Source: Octopus sinensis
Taxonomy: Eukaryota
Length of the DNA: 64,000 nt
Reading direction: 5' to 3'
Assembly (NCBI RefSeq): GCF_006345805.1
Contig: NC_043003.1
Coordinates: 18,228,001-18,292,000 of the forward strand
Shown: piece after piece, positions 1 through 12,762 of the stretch
Layout: every line of letters begins with the position of its first letter
Numbering within the stretch: the stretch's first letter is position 1
The notes under the pieces: generated by a model
Told to the model about the DNA's origin: nothing
What the model saw: the letters and a program-made list of their open reading frames with translations, nothing else
The model's database searches: none
Position numbers and translations under genes: made by a program

Positions 1-86
1 CATCAGTAATCCTGTTGATGTGAGGGTCATTATGCCAATAATAAACACAGGCACTGGTTCTATTTCACTTTCTTTTTTTAGTATTA

Positions 87-482
87 CTAGCAGTATCGCC
101 CGGCATTGCTCAGGTTTGTTTCGACCCTTTAGAATTGGAATTTTTGAAAAGTAAAAATTTTGCATTATGTAGCTTGTTATTCTCTTTAAGTAAACATTTT
201 TCTGGTTGAAATACACTGATAAATGGTGACACAGCAGTCAAAAAATTGTAAAAAAAATAAGGATTTTCATAGAATAAAAGCACCTTATTGATGTAAATAA
301 TTTTTGGTGTTAACATTGTCCGATTTGAATTTTATCTTCTATGGAATGAAGAGCAAGCCTTCTTCTATCATACTCTCAATTTTGGTCAACTTGCACCGCA
401 GGGTCTCAGAGGAGATAGTGTTAGTTGAAGGCTACCAAACCTACCAAACACAGACAACTTCAGCTTTATATATAGAGAGAGA
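87..482 (-). mobile_element. Non-autonomous Helitron, family H1
   Basis: Minus strand starts A|TC-TCTCTC-TATATATAAAG and ends with hairpin CCTGAGCAATGCCGGG plus CTAG|T; no TSD; near-identical copy at 1471-1858. Confidence 0.75.
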
Positions 483-1470
483 TTATCAGTCAATTCGTTA
501 ACTAATCAATTGTTCAATTAATCATTCAGTCAATGAATCAATCAGCTAGATCTGTCAGCCCTTTTTTCACCCTTTGCAACCTCATCGAAGACATTCCGTC
601 TCTTATCCAAATTTGGTTTTAAGTAATCCAGCATCCAGCTGAAGTTACGTTTCTCACAATAATTTTCATTTTCCTTACAATATTTTCAAACTAAGAAAAG
701 CGAAATAATCCATCATATTCCTGAACTGGCTAAAATGTAATGTAATAATAGTTCAACCAAGTGCATAACTGTTATTTTAAGTTGCTTGAATTCTCATCTG
801 TTGAAGACTAAGTATGTCTTTTACTCTTTGCTCTGGTTTCTTTTCATTATTTAGATTACTAAATAATTGTTCTGTCCCACTTTCGTTTTTTTTTTTTTTT
901 TCCACTTTGTTTCTCTTTTACTGGTCTTTTTGCTTTAATGTAAAAACCCTGTCGAAAGCAAAGGCTTTACTAAGTGTTTTTGGTTTGAGTTTGTTCAACA
1001 GGAAATATATCCCCAGGTCTGAAATAATAAAATGGTGGAAGGCACTTGAGAGCTAGCCAAATTCTTCAAGGGCAAGTAATGAAGATAGATTAATTGAAGT
1101 CAGTTCCAGGTAACAGAGCAGCAACTCTCAGCAGAAAAAACATAAAAACATTTGGTTTCCAGGTGGTTTCCATATCCGGTTCTCATTAATCTTTTTCACA
1201 ATCAAAACATTTTGATGGGAGAAGAGGGACACTAAAAAAGGAATTCTAAATTCTCATATTTTTGTGTTATAATCTTTTATAGGAATCTACATTATCATTC
1301 TTTAAACTCTTTAAACCCATATTTTCATTTCTTCTTCATTTGCCACATACCTTATTTATTTTCATTTAGTTTTTGGAAGAGTTTTTGTTGTTTTTGTTCA
1401 TTTTCATTGGCTGTCCCGTCATTTCAATCATAACATCTCATTTCAAAGTTCTAAATGATTATTATTATTA

Positions 1471-1858
1471 CTAGTAGTATCACCCAGCATTGCTCAGGTT
1501 TGTTTTGACCCTTTAGAATTGGAATTTTTGAAAAGTAAAAATTTTGCATTATATAGCTTGTTATTCTCTTTAAGTGAACATTCTCTGGTTGAAATACACC
1601 AAAAAATGGCAACAACGCAATAAAAAAATCGTAAAAAATAAGGATTTTCTTGGGAAAAAAGCACCTTTTTGATGTAAATAATTTTTGGTCTTAATATGGT
1701 CTGATTTGAATTTTTTCTTCTATGGAAGGAAGAGCAAGCCTTCTATCCTACTATCAATTTTGGTCAATTTGCGCCGTGGGGTCTCGGAGGAGATAGCGTT
1801 AGTTGAAGGCTACTAAACCTGCCATACACAGACAACTTCAGCTTTATATATAGAGAGA
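1471..1858 (-). mobile_element. Non-autonomous Helitron, family H1 (second copy)
   Basis: Colinear with 87-482; 5' TC and 3' CTAG termini; partial third copy at about 52566-52680. Confidence 0.75.
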
Positions 1859-3488
1859 TTACTAGCTTACTAGCATTTTGTCCATCTTTACGTTCTGAGT
1901 TCAAATTCTGCCAAAGTTGACTTTGCCATTCATCCTTTCGGGGTTGATAAATTAGGTACCAGTGAAACACTGGGGTCAATGTAATTGACTAGTTCCTTCC
2001 CCCAAAATTTCAGACCTTGTGTCTATAGCAGAAAGGATTACTATCATTATTATTATTATTATTAGAATCATTAGCATGCTGGTCAAAATGCTTAGTAGTA
2101 TTTCATCCGTCCTTACATTCTGAGATCTAATTCCACCAAGGCCAACTTTGCATTTCATCTTTTTGGGGCCAATAAAATAAGTACCAGTTGACCACTGGAG
2201 GTCAATGTAATTGACTAAAACTCCCTCAAAATTGCAGGCCGTGTGCCAAAATTTGAAATCATTGTTAATATTATTTAGTTGATGACCAACTGAAACTATG
2301 CATATTATCCATTCTTGAGCTACCTCTAGATTCCCTGTTGGCTGGCTTGGCTTGGATATCCAAACTAAAAGACAAAAATAGAAAAAGGAATGGTAGGGTG
2401 AGATTTGAGGGCAGTTTGGCTGCTATTTCTAACACCACGTAAAGCCTTTACCATTGACTCTCTAATTCTTAATTATATCATTCTTATGTTTGTACACACC
2501 ACTAAAGTTGTTATTTTAATTAAAATTCCTCAGCTTTCATTACATTAAGTACACTAGCGCCCTCTTTGCTATTAAAGATACACAGGTGTTACACCATACC
2601 TTGGAAGTATCAGCAGGAATGCTTCATCCTGAGCCATGGAGGCTTTGAAAATAACCAAGCCATCTCCGATGATGACGATGATCAGGAGTTAGCAGTTTTG
2701 TAGCTTTTATCTTTTTACTTTTTACTTGTTTCATCATTGGACTATGACCAAGCTGGGGCACCACCTTAAACGGTCTTAGACAAACAAATCAATTCCAGTG
2801 CTTCTGAATTTTTTTTTTTAAAGTTTACTACTTATACTATTGGATCATTTTGTTGCTGAACTTGTAAATTACAGGGACATAAACAAACCAACACCAGTTG
2901 TCAAGCAGTAAGGAGACAAGCACAAAGACACACACATATAAGGATGGTTTTATACATGCACACACACACACGTACACACTGAGCTTCCACACAGTTTCCA
3001 TCTACAGGCATTGATCAACCCAAGGTTTTAGTAAAAAAACACTTGCCCAAGGTGCTGTGCACTGAAACTGAACCCAAAACCACATAACTGCAAAGCAAGT
3101 CTTTTAACCACACAGCCACCTTGATCATATGTATGTATCCAATGTTGTGTGAACTCAACAGCTAGACAACAACGTTCAGCTATATTTGTATTATGATAAG
3201 CTCAGCCTCTATAAAAATACATCGTAGATGAGTTTTTATCTCGCATTAGCTTATCACTGGTTATCTTCAGTGTCTGACTTGTGTTTCAATATCTAAAATA
3301 GAGTTTATGTATTTGGATGCACAGATACACCTCAGTATCTCTTAACTTTTTAACAAATGGTGATTCTTTACTTAGAGCTCATCAATCCTAATGACCACAA
3401 CTGATATGTATGTATGCATGTATGTATGAATGAGGTCTGCTCAAAAAGTATCAGGACTGGTTTTATAAAAAGAAAACCACTATACAAA

Positions 3489-3877
3489 AGGCGTAGGAGT
3501 GGCTGTGTGGTAAGTAGCTTGTTTACCAACCACATGGTTCCGGGTTCAGTCCCACTGCGTGGCACCTTGGGCAAGTGTCTTCTACTATAACCTCAGGTCG
3601 ATCAAAGCCTTGTGAGTGGATTTGATAGACAGAAACTGAAAGAAGCCTGTCGTATGTATGTGTGTGTGTGTGTGTATGTTTGTGTGTTTGTCTCCCTAAC
3701 ATTGCTTGACAACCGATGCTGGTGTGTTTACTTAGCGGTTCGGCAAAAGAACCGATAGAATAAGTACTATGCTTACAAAGAATAAGTCCTAGGGTCGATT
3801 TGCTCGACTAAAGGTGGTGCTCCAGCATGGCCACAGTCTAATGACTGAAACAAGTAAAAGAATAAAAAAGTAAAGAG
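3489..3877 (+). mobile_element. tRNA-derived SINE family A (CORE-like, internal TA/TG microsatellite)
   Basis: Head AGGAGTGGCTGTGTGGTAAG, B-box-like GGTTCAGTCCC, CCTTGGGCAAGT motif, tail GACTGAAACAAGTAAAAGA; about 20 full or partial copies in the window. Confidence 0.85.
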
Positions 3878-4469
3878 TATATCAATTTAGCATTTAATCT
3901 CCTTCAATGTTGTCCCCTTCTGAAGTCACACACTTTATTCAGTCTGGGATTCAAACTCACAACCTTACGATCATAAGCTCAACGCTCTAACCACCGAGCC
4001 ATGCGCCTTCACTGATGAGGATTATGATATACATATATATGTATACATGTTAAGACATCATAAAGAAGAATGGAGAATCGTACATCTACAAAATTTGTTC
4101 ATTACCGTATTATTCTCATTAAATTCCAATCCAACTTGTGTTTCTGTTGCATAAGTGTCCTAATGTCCATTGACGTGGCATTCTTCTTTATGATGTCTTG
4201 GTTATATATCCTGTATGCTTTACGGAATTTGATGAAGTGAACTCTGGATTTATCTATGAAGTGAAGTACTATGTAATTGTTTATCTTTAAACAATTTTGT
4301 ATGTTCCCTATCATTCAATGGGGTTAGCCAGATCTGGATTATATCAGAGTGCTAATTAGGTACCTGCCTGGATTCCAAATCTCTGTTTCTTTATGCCGTG
4401 CATACATATTATATACATGCAAAACGCATATCATATACACACATATCCATATAGACAGACAGAGATATA

Positions 4470-4737
4470 TCTTTATATATAAAAGTGAAGTTGTGTGTCT
4501 GTCTCCTACGATTTAGATTCCTAACTACTCCCACATTTTGCGGTGCAGTTTAACCAAAAGCGGGTATCTTTTAGTCATGATTCATATTGAGCCCTTCTGG
4601 GTATTAGCGTGCATCTATGATGTGTCTACGATTTAAAAAAAAAATTACCATCATTTTTTCCCATTTTTAATGCATTTTTTTGCTATTATATAGTTATTTC
4701 CCTTACAAACCCGAGCAACGCCGGGTGATACTGCTAG
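4470..4737 (+). mobile_element. Non-autonomous Helitron (H1-related ends)
   Basis: A|TCTTTATATATAAAAG start; CCCGAGCAACGCCGGG hairpin then CTAG at 4734-4737. Confidence 0.75.
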
Positions 4738-5147
4738 TCTATAATATAAATTGGACATGGGCGAGCATTGTATTCTTTCTTGTCTTGAGGTTCACAGCCA
4801 AACGGCTGGGTGGATTTGCATGAAAAATGGCACACATGTGAAGACGGGTGCATAGATTGGAATGAGGTTTGTATTTTTTTCCTAGCCCCCATATTTACCG
4901 AGAAAATCGATTAAAACTTTTTCTAATGGAATTCCCCTCTTTCTTCCGCCATTAAAACAACCATTTGCTTAGAAGCTGTTTTCTGATGGGATGGGGCCAA
5001 GAAATTTTCATACAGCTGGAGGCTCCAATCGAAACAGGGGACCCGAAATGATAAGGTTGAGAAATGCTGTTATAGATTATGCCTGACCGAAAACGATCAC
5101 AGCCACATCATCCAAAGAGACCGGATGAAACCGGGTTTAGCTGCTAG
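4738..5147 (+). mobile_element. Non-autonomous Helitron, second family
   Basis: TCTATAATATAAA start; CCGG-ATGAAA-CCGG hairpin and CTAG|T end. Confidence 0.65.
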
Positions 5148-5557
5148 TGGACATATATATATACATACATATACATGTGAGTTTTTTGTTACATAGCATA
5201 TTTTATTTTGCCCAAGTCTTGACACTTCCTTTCAGGATAAATAAATAAAACCTTACTACTATATTATCTTACAACACCATAACAAACAACATTTTCAGTA
5301 AACTTCTAAATAAATAAATAACTTGTTTACTATTATGGTTTTGGTTTTAAATAAAGTCCCTTCTGTTCTTATGAGTTCTTGTACAGGCAAAAATATTTAC
5401 TCATAAAAGGAAACTGCCAAACTAATATTACGCATTACAAACTATTTGCATCAAGTTTGTTGTACAATAACGACTTGATAAACATGTCAGACTATAAATG
5501 AAAAACTGTATTGGACATATACTAGTTTCTTGTTTAACAGAAAAAGAAATATATATA

Positions 5558-5592
<35 letters not shown>

Positions 5593-6180
5593 GTATATGC
5601 TGACCTAATGTATACTGGCTATAATAAATAAATTTGTATTTGAAATAAATTGCTTCATGTGAAATAATGTCTGTCGTTTGTCTCTGGCATTAATAATTAC
5701 TGTTTTAGCTTATTGCAGTGTATCGTTCTTAAATAGATGAATTTCATAAATATATATATATATTTTTTTTTTTTCTCCCAGATTTTATATGTAATTTGTT
5801 TACATAGAAATGTTAATTGCGAAATCATTTTTATATTGTCCACTTAGCAAATATTATTTTGGGAAAAATACCGACAACAGCAAGTTGATAGTAGAATACC
5901 AAGAATGTTTTGTTTATGTTTTTTGTTTTTTTTTTAGTTTTTGTCTCTGTCTTCTGGGTTAAAAATTTTGTCCCTCATACCTCCTGGCTTGATATACCAG
6001 TAATATACCTGAATTGGTTTAATTAAAATAAATATTTGCAATTTCTACCTTTTCAAAACAAAATAAATTTCAATATTCATAATAAAACTACTGTATTTGA
6101 TGGTGTGGCAGAGCTTAGATTTGAAACTGTATTCATCCAGTATCAAGAAATAGGCCACAGCATATCAAGTAACTTACCCT

Positions 6181-6440
6181 GTGGAGGCACATGGTCTAGT
6201 TAGAGCAGCGGACTCGCGGTCGAGGGATTGTGGGTTTGAATCTCAGACCGGGTGATGTGTGTGTTTATGAGCGAAACACCTAAGTTTCACGCAGCTCCAG
6301 CAGAAGGGAATGGCGAACTTCTGCTGACTCTTTCTCTCACTCTTTCCTCCTGCATTTTGCAGCTCACCTGCGAAGGATCAGCGTCCCGTCCAGGTGGGGA
6401 ACCTATACACCAAGGAAACCGGGAAACCGGCCAAGGAACA
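6181..6440 (+). mobile_element. tRNA-derived SINE family C
   Basis: GTGGAGG head with A/B-box-like motifs; perfect 14-bp TSD AAGTAACTTACCCT (6167-6180, 6441-6454). Confidence 0.85.
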
Positions 6441-6779
6441 AAGTAACTTACCCTAGATTCTGACAAGAGCATTTCAGTTGCATGTATACACTCAGTGAAA
6501 TTTTCCGTGAATTTCCCCACCAAAATATAGTTATAAGTATAGATGCAGGGTACAATCAGTACAGAGGTTGAGAGAGGTTCCTGTTAGGATGGATGAGTAC
6601 AGGATACTTCGTCAAATGCTCAACCTTGGGTTAAATAGGCCATATCTGGCCCAAATCTATTGCCTGTTTTATGGTAAAACCAGCCAAATCTGGCATCTCA
6701 CACCTATCCTACAATGCAATACTAAAAATAAGCAGTCACCTCATTGGAGTTTTGAGACTACGAGATAATGCATGATTAA

Positions 6780-7502
6780 CCCTTTCGTTACCGAATTTAT
6801 TTTGAGATGCTCTGTGTTTCTTTCAATTACATTAACTAAAACAAAGAATTTAGTAAAATAACTTAGTTATCATTAAGCTAGTGTTGGGAACATAAATTGT
6901 GACTAAGGTTTGGTGGAAGATTTTAATTTAGAACTTATGAAAACAAGACATTTGTACTACAGAGCCAGAGGTGGTTTCAGCCGGGTTGGTATCAAAAGGG
7001 TTAAGATTGTTTCTTTATTATATATTTTAACCATTTTGTTACCGTATTTCTGTTGAGATGCTCTGTGTTCTTTCAATTACATTAACTAAAACAAAGAATT
7101 TAGTAAAATAACTTAGTTATCATTAAGCTAGTGTTGGGAACATAAATTGTGACTAAGGTTTGGTGGAAGATTTTAATTTAGAACTTATGAAAACAAGACA
7201 TTTGTACTACAGAGCCAGAGGTGGTTTCAGCCGGGTTGGTATCAAAAGGGTTAAGAATTGTTTCTTTATTATATATTTTAACCATTTTGTTACCGTATTT
7301 CTGTTGAGATGCTCTGTGTTTCTTTCGATTACTTTAAATACAACAAAGAACTTAGTAAAATAACTTAGTTGTCATTAAGCTAGTGTTAGGACCATAAATT
7401 GTGACTAAGGTTTGGTGGGAGATTTTAATTCACAACTTTTGAAAACAAGACATTTGTACTAGAGAGCCAGGGCCGGTTTCAGTCGGGTTGGTAACGAAAG
7501 GG
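6780..7502. mobile_element. Three tandem piggyBac-like MITEs (about 220 bp each) nested in an older TTAA-type MITE
   Basis: TTAA-CCCTTTCGTTACC...GGTA(A/T)C(A/G)AAAGGG-TTAA termini; the host element's empty site CATGATTAATTCAAAA is seen at about 47223. Confidence 0.8.
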
Positions 7503-9134
7503 TTAATTCAAAACAATGTGAATAAATAAGCATTAGATCTGACAGAGTAATCTGAATGCTAAAGGGCTAAAAAGAATCACTTCATTTCCAGTGCATTTCT
7601 CCAAGCACATACACAGGCCATTCTTAATTCTCACCTTTCACCACATGAAGAAGTAGCTAATTCTTAGCCGAAACACAACGTACATGCATAACTCACCACT
7701 GGTAATCAGTGATACAGCCTCTAGCCAGTAACTTTCATGATCATTGTAGGATCCCCTACCACATGGTTCTGGATTCAGTCCCACTGTGTGGCACCTTCAG
7801 CAAATGTCTTTTACTATAGCTACGGGCCAACCAAATCCTTGTGGATGGATTTTGTAGACAGAAACTGAAACAAGCCCATCATGTGTGTGTGCTTGTCTCC
7901 CACCACCACTTGACAACCAGTGTTTGTGTGTTTACATCCCTGTAACTTAGCAGTTCAGCAAAAGAAACTGATAAAATAAGTACCAGCCTTTAAAAAAAGA
8001 TAAGTCTTGGGGTTAATTCCTGGAACTAAAAATTCTTCAAGGTGGTGCCCCTGCATGGTCACAAGTACAAAAAATAAATGATAGAAGACTGTAATGTTCA
8101 TGTATAAATAAATGGTCTCATCAAAAATATAAAATAGACTTGGTTTTTTTTTTTTATATGGGAAACAGCACGCAGCCAAAATTGGCCCAACCAACCCGTT
8201 GAGCACCTCATTAACCAAGCTTCTACAACAGTTTAAAAGAAACATGGGTATATATGATGCATCCCAATTTTATCTGGACATATTTCATTACCGTATTCAT
8301 TTTGAGATGCTCTGTATTTCTTTCAATTATTTTAAATGTAACAAAGAATTTATTTAAATAACTTAGTTATCCTTAAGCTAGTATTAGGAACATAAATTGT
8401 GACTAAGGTTTGGTGGAAGATTTTAATTCAAAACTTTTGAAAACAAGACATTTGTACCAGAGAGCCAGAGGCAGTTTCAGCCGGGTTGGTAACAAAAGGG
8501 TTAAAGCATGTAATATTCAAAGCAGTTTAAGGCAGCAAGCTGGCAGAATTCTTAGCATGCCGGGCAAAATGCTTAGCAGTGTTTCATCCATCTTTAAGTT
8601 CTGGGTTCAAATACTGTTGGGGTTGACTTTACTTTTCATCCTTTCAGGGTCAATAAAATAAGTACCAGTTGAGTACTGGGGTCAATGTAATCAACTTACC
8701 TCCACCTCTGAAATTGCTGGGCTATACCAAAGTTTGAAACCAATGTTTAAAGCAACTTTGCATGTAGGCCCCAAGGCGGTTTTGTGAGGTATTTATTTTG
8801 GAAAAGCATGCATTTTCGGTCAAATATGTTGTGCCTCAGTTCAACTGTGTTCATTGAAAAAGACCCCTGATCAAATATGTCCCAGCCATGACCATCATGC
8901 CTTTATTTCAAAACTTTTGTGTGAGGACCATTCTATCAGATATGTCCTTTCTTTTAGAATACCTTAAGGTATAATCCGAGGAAGATGTAGCTGCTAGTTC
9001 TTGCGGGTTAAATTTTAAAAAAACTGCTTAAAAGCTTTTTTCAGGAAAACCATATCATGTCGGGTTTTACCCCTATCTTCTGCTTTAATTTTTCTATGAA
9101 TATTTTATACACCTGGGTGTGTAACATCCTCAAC

Positions 9135-9165
<31 letters not shown>

Positions 9166-9554
9166 AGAAGGATTATTGTTTGGTTTTGTTATTTTTTCTA
9201 ATGATTATTCTACAGTAAAGATTACCCAACCATATTATTTTATTTTGCCATCAGTTTTACTTCCTAGAATTATTATCACTCATACTACAGCATAACACCC
9301 TATCATGCCATATGTTGCTGTTATTGTATGACATATCATATCAAAACAAGCCATTTATTTTGACTTGAAGTATTTCGTTTGTTTGTTTCATTTTTCGCTT
9401 TTGGTTGGGGTTTTTTTTTTGTTTGTTTGTTTATTTGCTGTTGTTAGTTTGCCACTGAATTAATTGCAGTTAAGTAAGATAACAGTAGCATGAACCAGTC
9501 TCTGGACCACAGAGTCTGAAAAAATATGAGCCAGCAAGGAGGCTCCCAAGTGCA

Positions 9555-9933
9555 GCTGGATATGAGACAGGCTTCCTAGTGCTACTAAACATGAAGCTGA
9601 CTTGCAAGTCCTGTTGAGTATGAGTAAGTGTTCCAAATGCACTCAAGTGCCCCAGGGTATGAAGCAGGTCTCTCAATGCCACTGGTTACAGAGCAGGTTT
9701 CTGTGCCACTGGGTATGAAGTAGGATTCCATGTGCCACTTGGGTATGGAGCAGGTTCCTAAACATGGAGCAGGCTCCTAAGCATAGCAACTTATAGGACA
9801 GGCTTCTGAGTACTACTGGGTATGGAATAGGTTCCTAAGTATGGCTGCTTATGGGAGAGGTTTCCAAGCACTGCTGTGTATGGAGCACATTTCCAAATAC
9901 TACTGGATATGGAACAAACTCTTGAGTGCTACT
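9555..9933. repeat. Degenerate ~29-bp minisatellite
   Basis: About 13-14 diverged units resembling GGGTATGGAGCAGGTTCCTAAGTGCTACT. Confidence 0.7.
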
Positions 9934-9939
9934 ATATAT

Positions 9940-10240
9940 TGTTTGTGCCTTCTTGAGCCATGCCTGGCTCATTAGGGCCAGTTTCCCGGTTTCCTTGGTG
10001 TATAGATTCCCCACCTGGATGGGACGCCAGTCCATCGCAGGTGAGCTGCAAGATGCAGGAGGAAAGAGTGAGAGAAAGTTGTGGCGAAAGAGTCAGCAGG
10101 AGTTTGCTGTTACCTTCTGCCGGATCTACATGGAACTTAGGTGTTTCGCTTATAAACACACATTACCCAGTCTGAGATTCGAACCCACGATCCCTCGACC
10201 ACAAGTCAGCTGCTCTAACCACTAGGCCATGTACCTCCAC
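9940..10240 (-). mobile_element. tRNA-derived SINE family C
   Basis: A box TGGCCTAGTGG and B box GGTTCGAATC on the minus strand; 12-bp TSD GCTACT(A/G)TATAT. Confidence 0.85.
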
Positions 10241-10959
10241 GCTACTGTATATAAAGACTAAAAATGGTGGTGTGTTGTGAGCAAGTTCCAGAGTATACAA
10301 AAGCTTATGCAAACTGGAGACAGAATTGTGCTTAAATTGGGGCTGTGTTGCCTTTGGTGTACTATTTTGGACAAGCTGAAATTCATGCATTCTTTCGAAG
10401 CAGCTTGTTATTGCATTTAGTTTTTAAGCAAATTGTTGCTGGTTCAATATTTAGAACAGGCCATAGTTGCTAGTGTCTGCATTTTGAATAGTTTCATGCT
10501 TGTTGATGCTTGGTACTTATTGCATTTCGTTTCTATGCAAATTATAGCTGGTTCAGTATTTAGAGCAGGCTATAGTTGTTAACCATTGCATTTTGAGTAG
10601 CTTCATGCTTGCTAATGTCATATTTGCAGCAGAATTTGTCTCGTTTCACTTCACCATTTCACGAAGGTGGTGTGGTCCCTAACCAACCAATAACTACTCT
10701 TTTATTTTTTCTCATTCCTTTATTTATTTATTTTAATTATTCGTATGCTTACTTTGCCTGTCAGTCAGTCTGCATGGGTGTCTGGGCCAATTACAGCTCC
10801 ATCTGCATACCTTAATTACTAATAAATCTCAATTGTTCATTAGCCTACACCCTAATTGTATTTACTGTGCTAGCCCTCCACCAATCTGAAAGGTAAAGAT
10901 AGCATTCACTTACTGATAAGGTAGTTTTAACAACTGAGTCTGGTCCTGTCTCTATCTTT

Positions 10960-11346
10960 TCTCTCTTACTCTTTTACTTGTTTCAGTCATTTGAAACAGC
11001 GCCCATGCTGGAGCACTGCCTTTAGTCAAGCATATCGACCCCAGGACTTATTCTTTGTAAGTTTAGTACTTAGTCTATTGGTCCTTTTGCCAAACCACTA
11101 AGTTACGGGGACGTAAACACACCAGCATCGGTTGTCAAGCGATGTTGGGGGAGACAAACACAGACACACAAACACACACACATATATATACGATGGGCTT
11201 CTTTCAGTTTCCGTCTACGAAATCCACTCACAAGGCTTTGGTCGGCCCGAGGCTATAGTAGAAGACACTTGCCCAAGATGCCACGCAGTGGAACTGAACC
11301 CAGAACCATGTGGTTGGTAAGCAAGCTACTTACCACACAGCCACTC
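10960..11346 (-). mobile_element. SINE family A with 39-bp TSD
   Basis: Family A copy flanked by direct repeats 10913-10951 and 11347-11385. Confidence 0.85.
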
Positions 11347-11913
11347 CTGATAAGGTAGTTTTAACAATTGAGTCTGGTCCTGTCTATCAATTTACTACTT
11401 ACCACTAATTCTTCCCAATCTTTTAGGGACAGAATACCTTCTTATGTTTCCCTTTCCATCCCTATACAAATCTCTCTCTCGCCCTCCCTCTATCACTCTC
11501 ACATTTGGTGTTACACCTTTACTTAATAGTGTTACCATTTTATTTTTTTATTTGCTCTCCTTTCCCTCTGTCTATGAATCTATCTGTCTCTCTCTCTCCC
11601 CCCTCACATTCAGTGTAATGCCTTTACTTAATAAGTTTAGTATTTTGCCTTCTATTTCCTCTCTCTCTCTCTCTCCCCGTCTCTCTTTTTCCCACTCTCT
11701 TTCTCCCTCCCTCTCTCTCACTCCATTTTCTGTTTTAGATATAGCTTTCTCATTGTCTTCCCTTCAGTTACTCTCCGTCCACTTACAGCCATATCATAAC
11801 TTCATATTCTCTTTTTCTCCCTTCTCACTCACACAAAGTCTCACTCACTTATACATCTATCATTCACATCCCATTCTCTACCTCACCCTCACATATCAGT
11901 GTGCATGTGTGCA

Positions 11914-11945
<32 letters not shown>

Positions 11946-12299
11946 CAATCATTATGTCCCCTCACACCACTCTCTACCTGTCTACTAAGTTCCGTCTATC
12001 TTCTGACTCATTCTTTTCATTTTCTTATTTTTTCCTTCCTCTCTGTATCCAGCTGTTTCTATACTATCTCTCTATCAATCCATTTCTCTACCACATTAAT
12101 GTAACACACACACACACACACATAGTCTGCTTTTTCTGCTGGCATAAGTTGGTCAAGGCTTCCAAGGCTATATTTTACAGTTTGATGACCTTCCTGATAT
12201 TAACCTTTTCCAGTGTGTCCTATTAACAATGTACCTTTCTAAAAAAAATTTTTTTCAAAAGTAGAAAGTGAACATCAAAATTATATACATACATATCTC

Positions 12300-12695
12300 T
12301 TTTACTCTTTTACTTGTTTCAGTCATTTGACTGTGGCCATTCTGGAGCACCGCCTTCAGTCGTGCAAATCGATCCCAGGACTTATTCTTTGTAAGCCTAG
12401 TACTTATTCTATCGATCTCTTTTGCTGAACCGCTAAGTTACGGGGATGTAAACACACCAGCATCAGTTGTCAAGCGATGTTGGGGGGACAAACACAGACA
12501 CACAAACATATACACACACATTTATATATATACATATATACGAAGGGCTTCTTTTAGTTTCTGTCTACCAAATCCACTCACAAGGCTTTGGTCAGCCCGA
12601 GGCTATAGTAGAAGACACTTGCCCAAGGTGCCATGCAGTGGGACTGAACCCAGAACTATGTGGTTGGTAAGCAAGCTACTTACCTCACAGCCACT
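12300..12695 (-). mobile_element. SINE family A
   Basis: Colinear with other family A copies. Confidence 0.85.
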
Positions 12696-12762
12696 AAGAA
12701 TTTTTTGCGTAATGAGATAAAAAACCAAGGCTGTGTAGATATTAGAACATTTATAGATAGAA

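Noticed and set aside
4012-4040. CTGATGA hammerhead core (also about 14317 minus and about 28205 plus)
   Set aside because: No helix II followed by GAAA and a cleavage triplet
6181-6250. tRNA gene
   Set aside because: tRNA-like SINE head continuing into a SINE body with TSD; no complete cloverleaf. The same applies to the other SINE heads
11132-11320. Recurrent ORF MSSDVGG...[23 protein letters not shown]
   Set aside because: Antisense translation of SINE family A, repeated only because the SINE is repeated
11444-12226. 260-aa ORF
   Set aside because: CT/TG low-complexity sequence that is simply poor in stop codons
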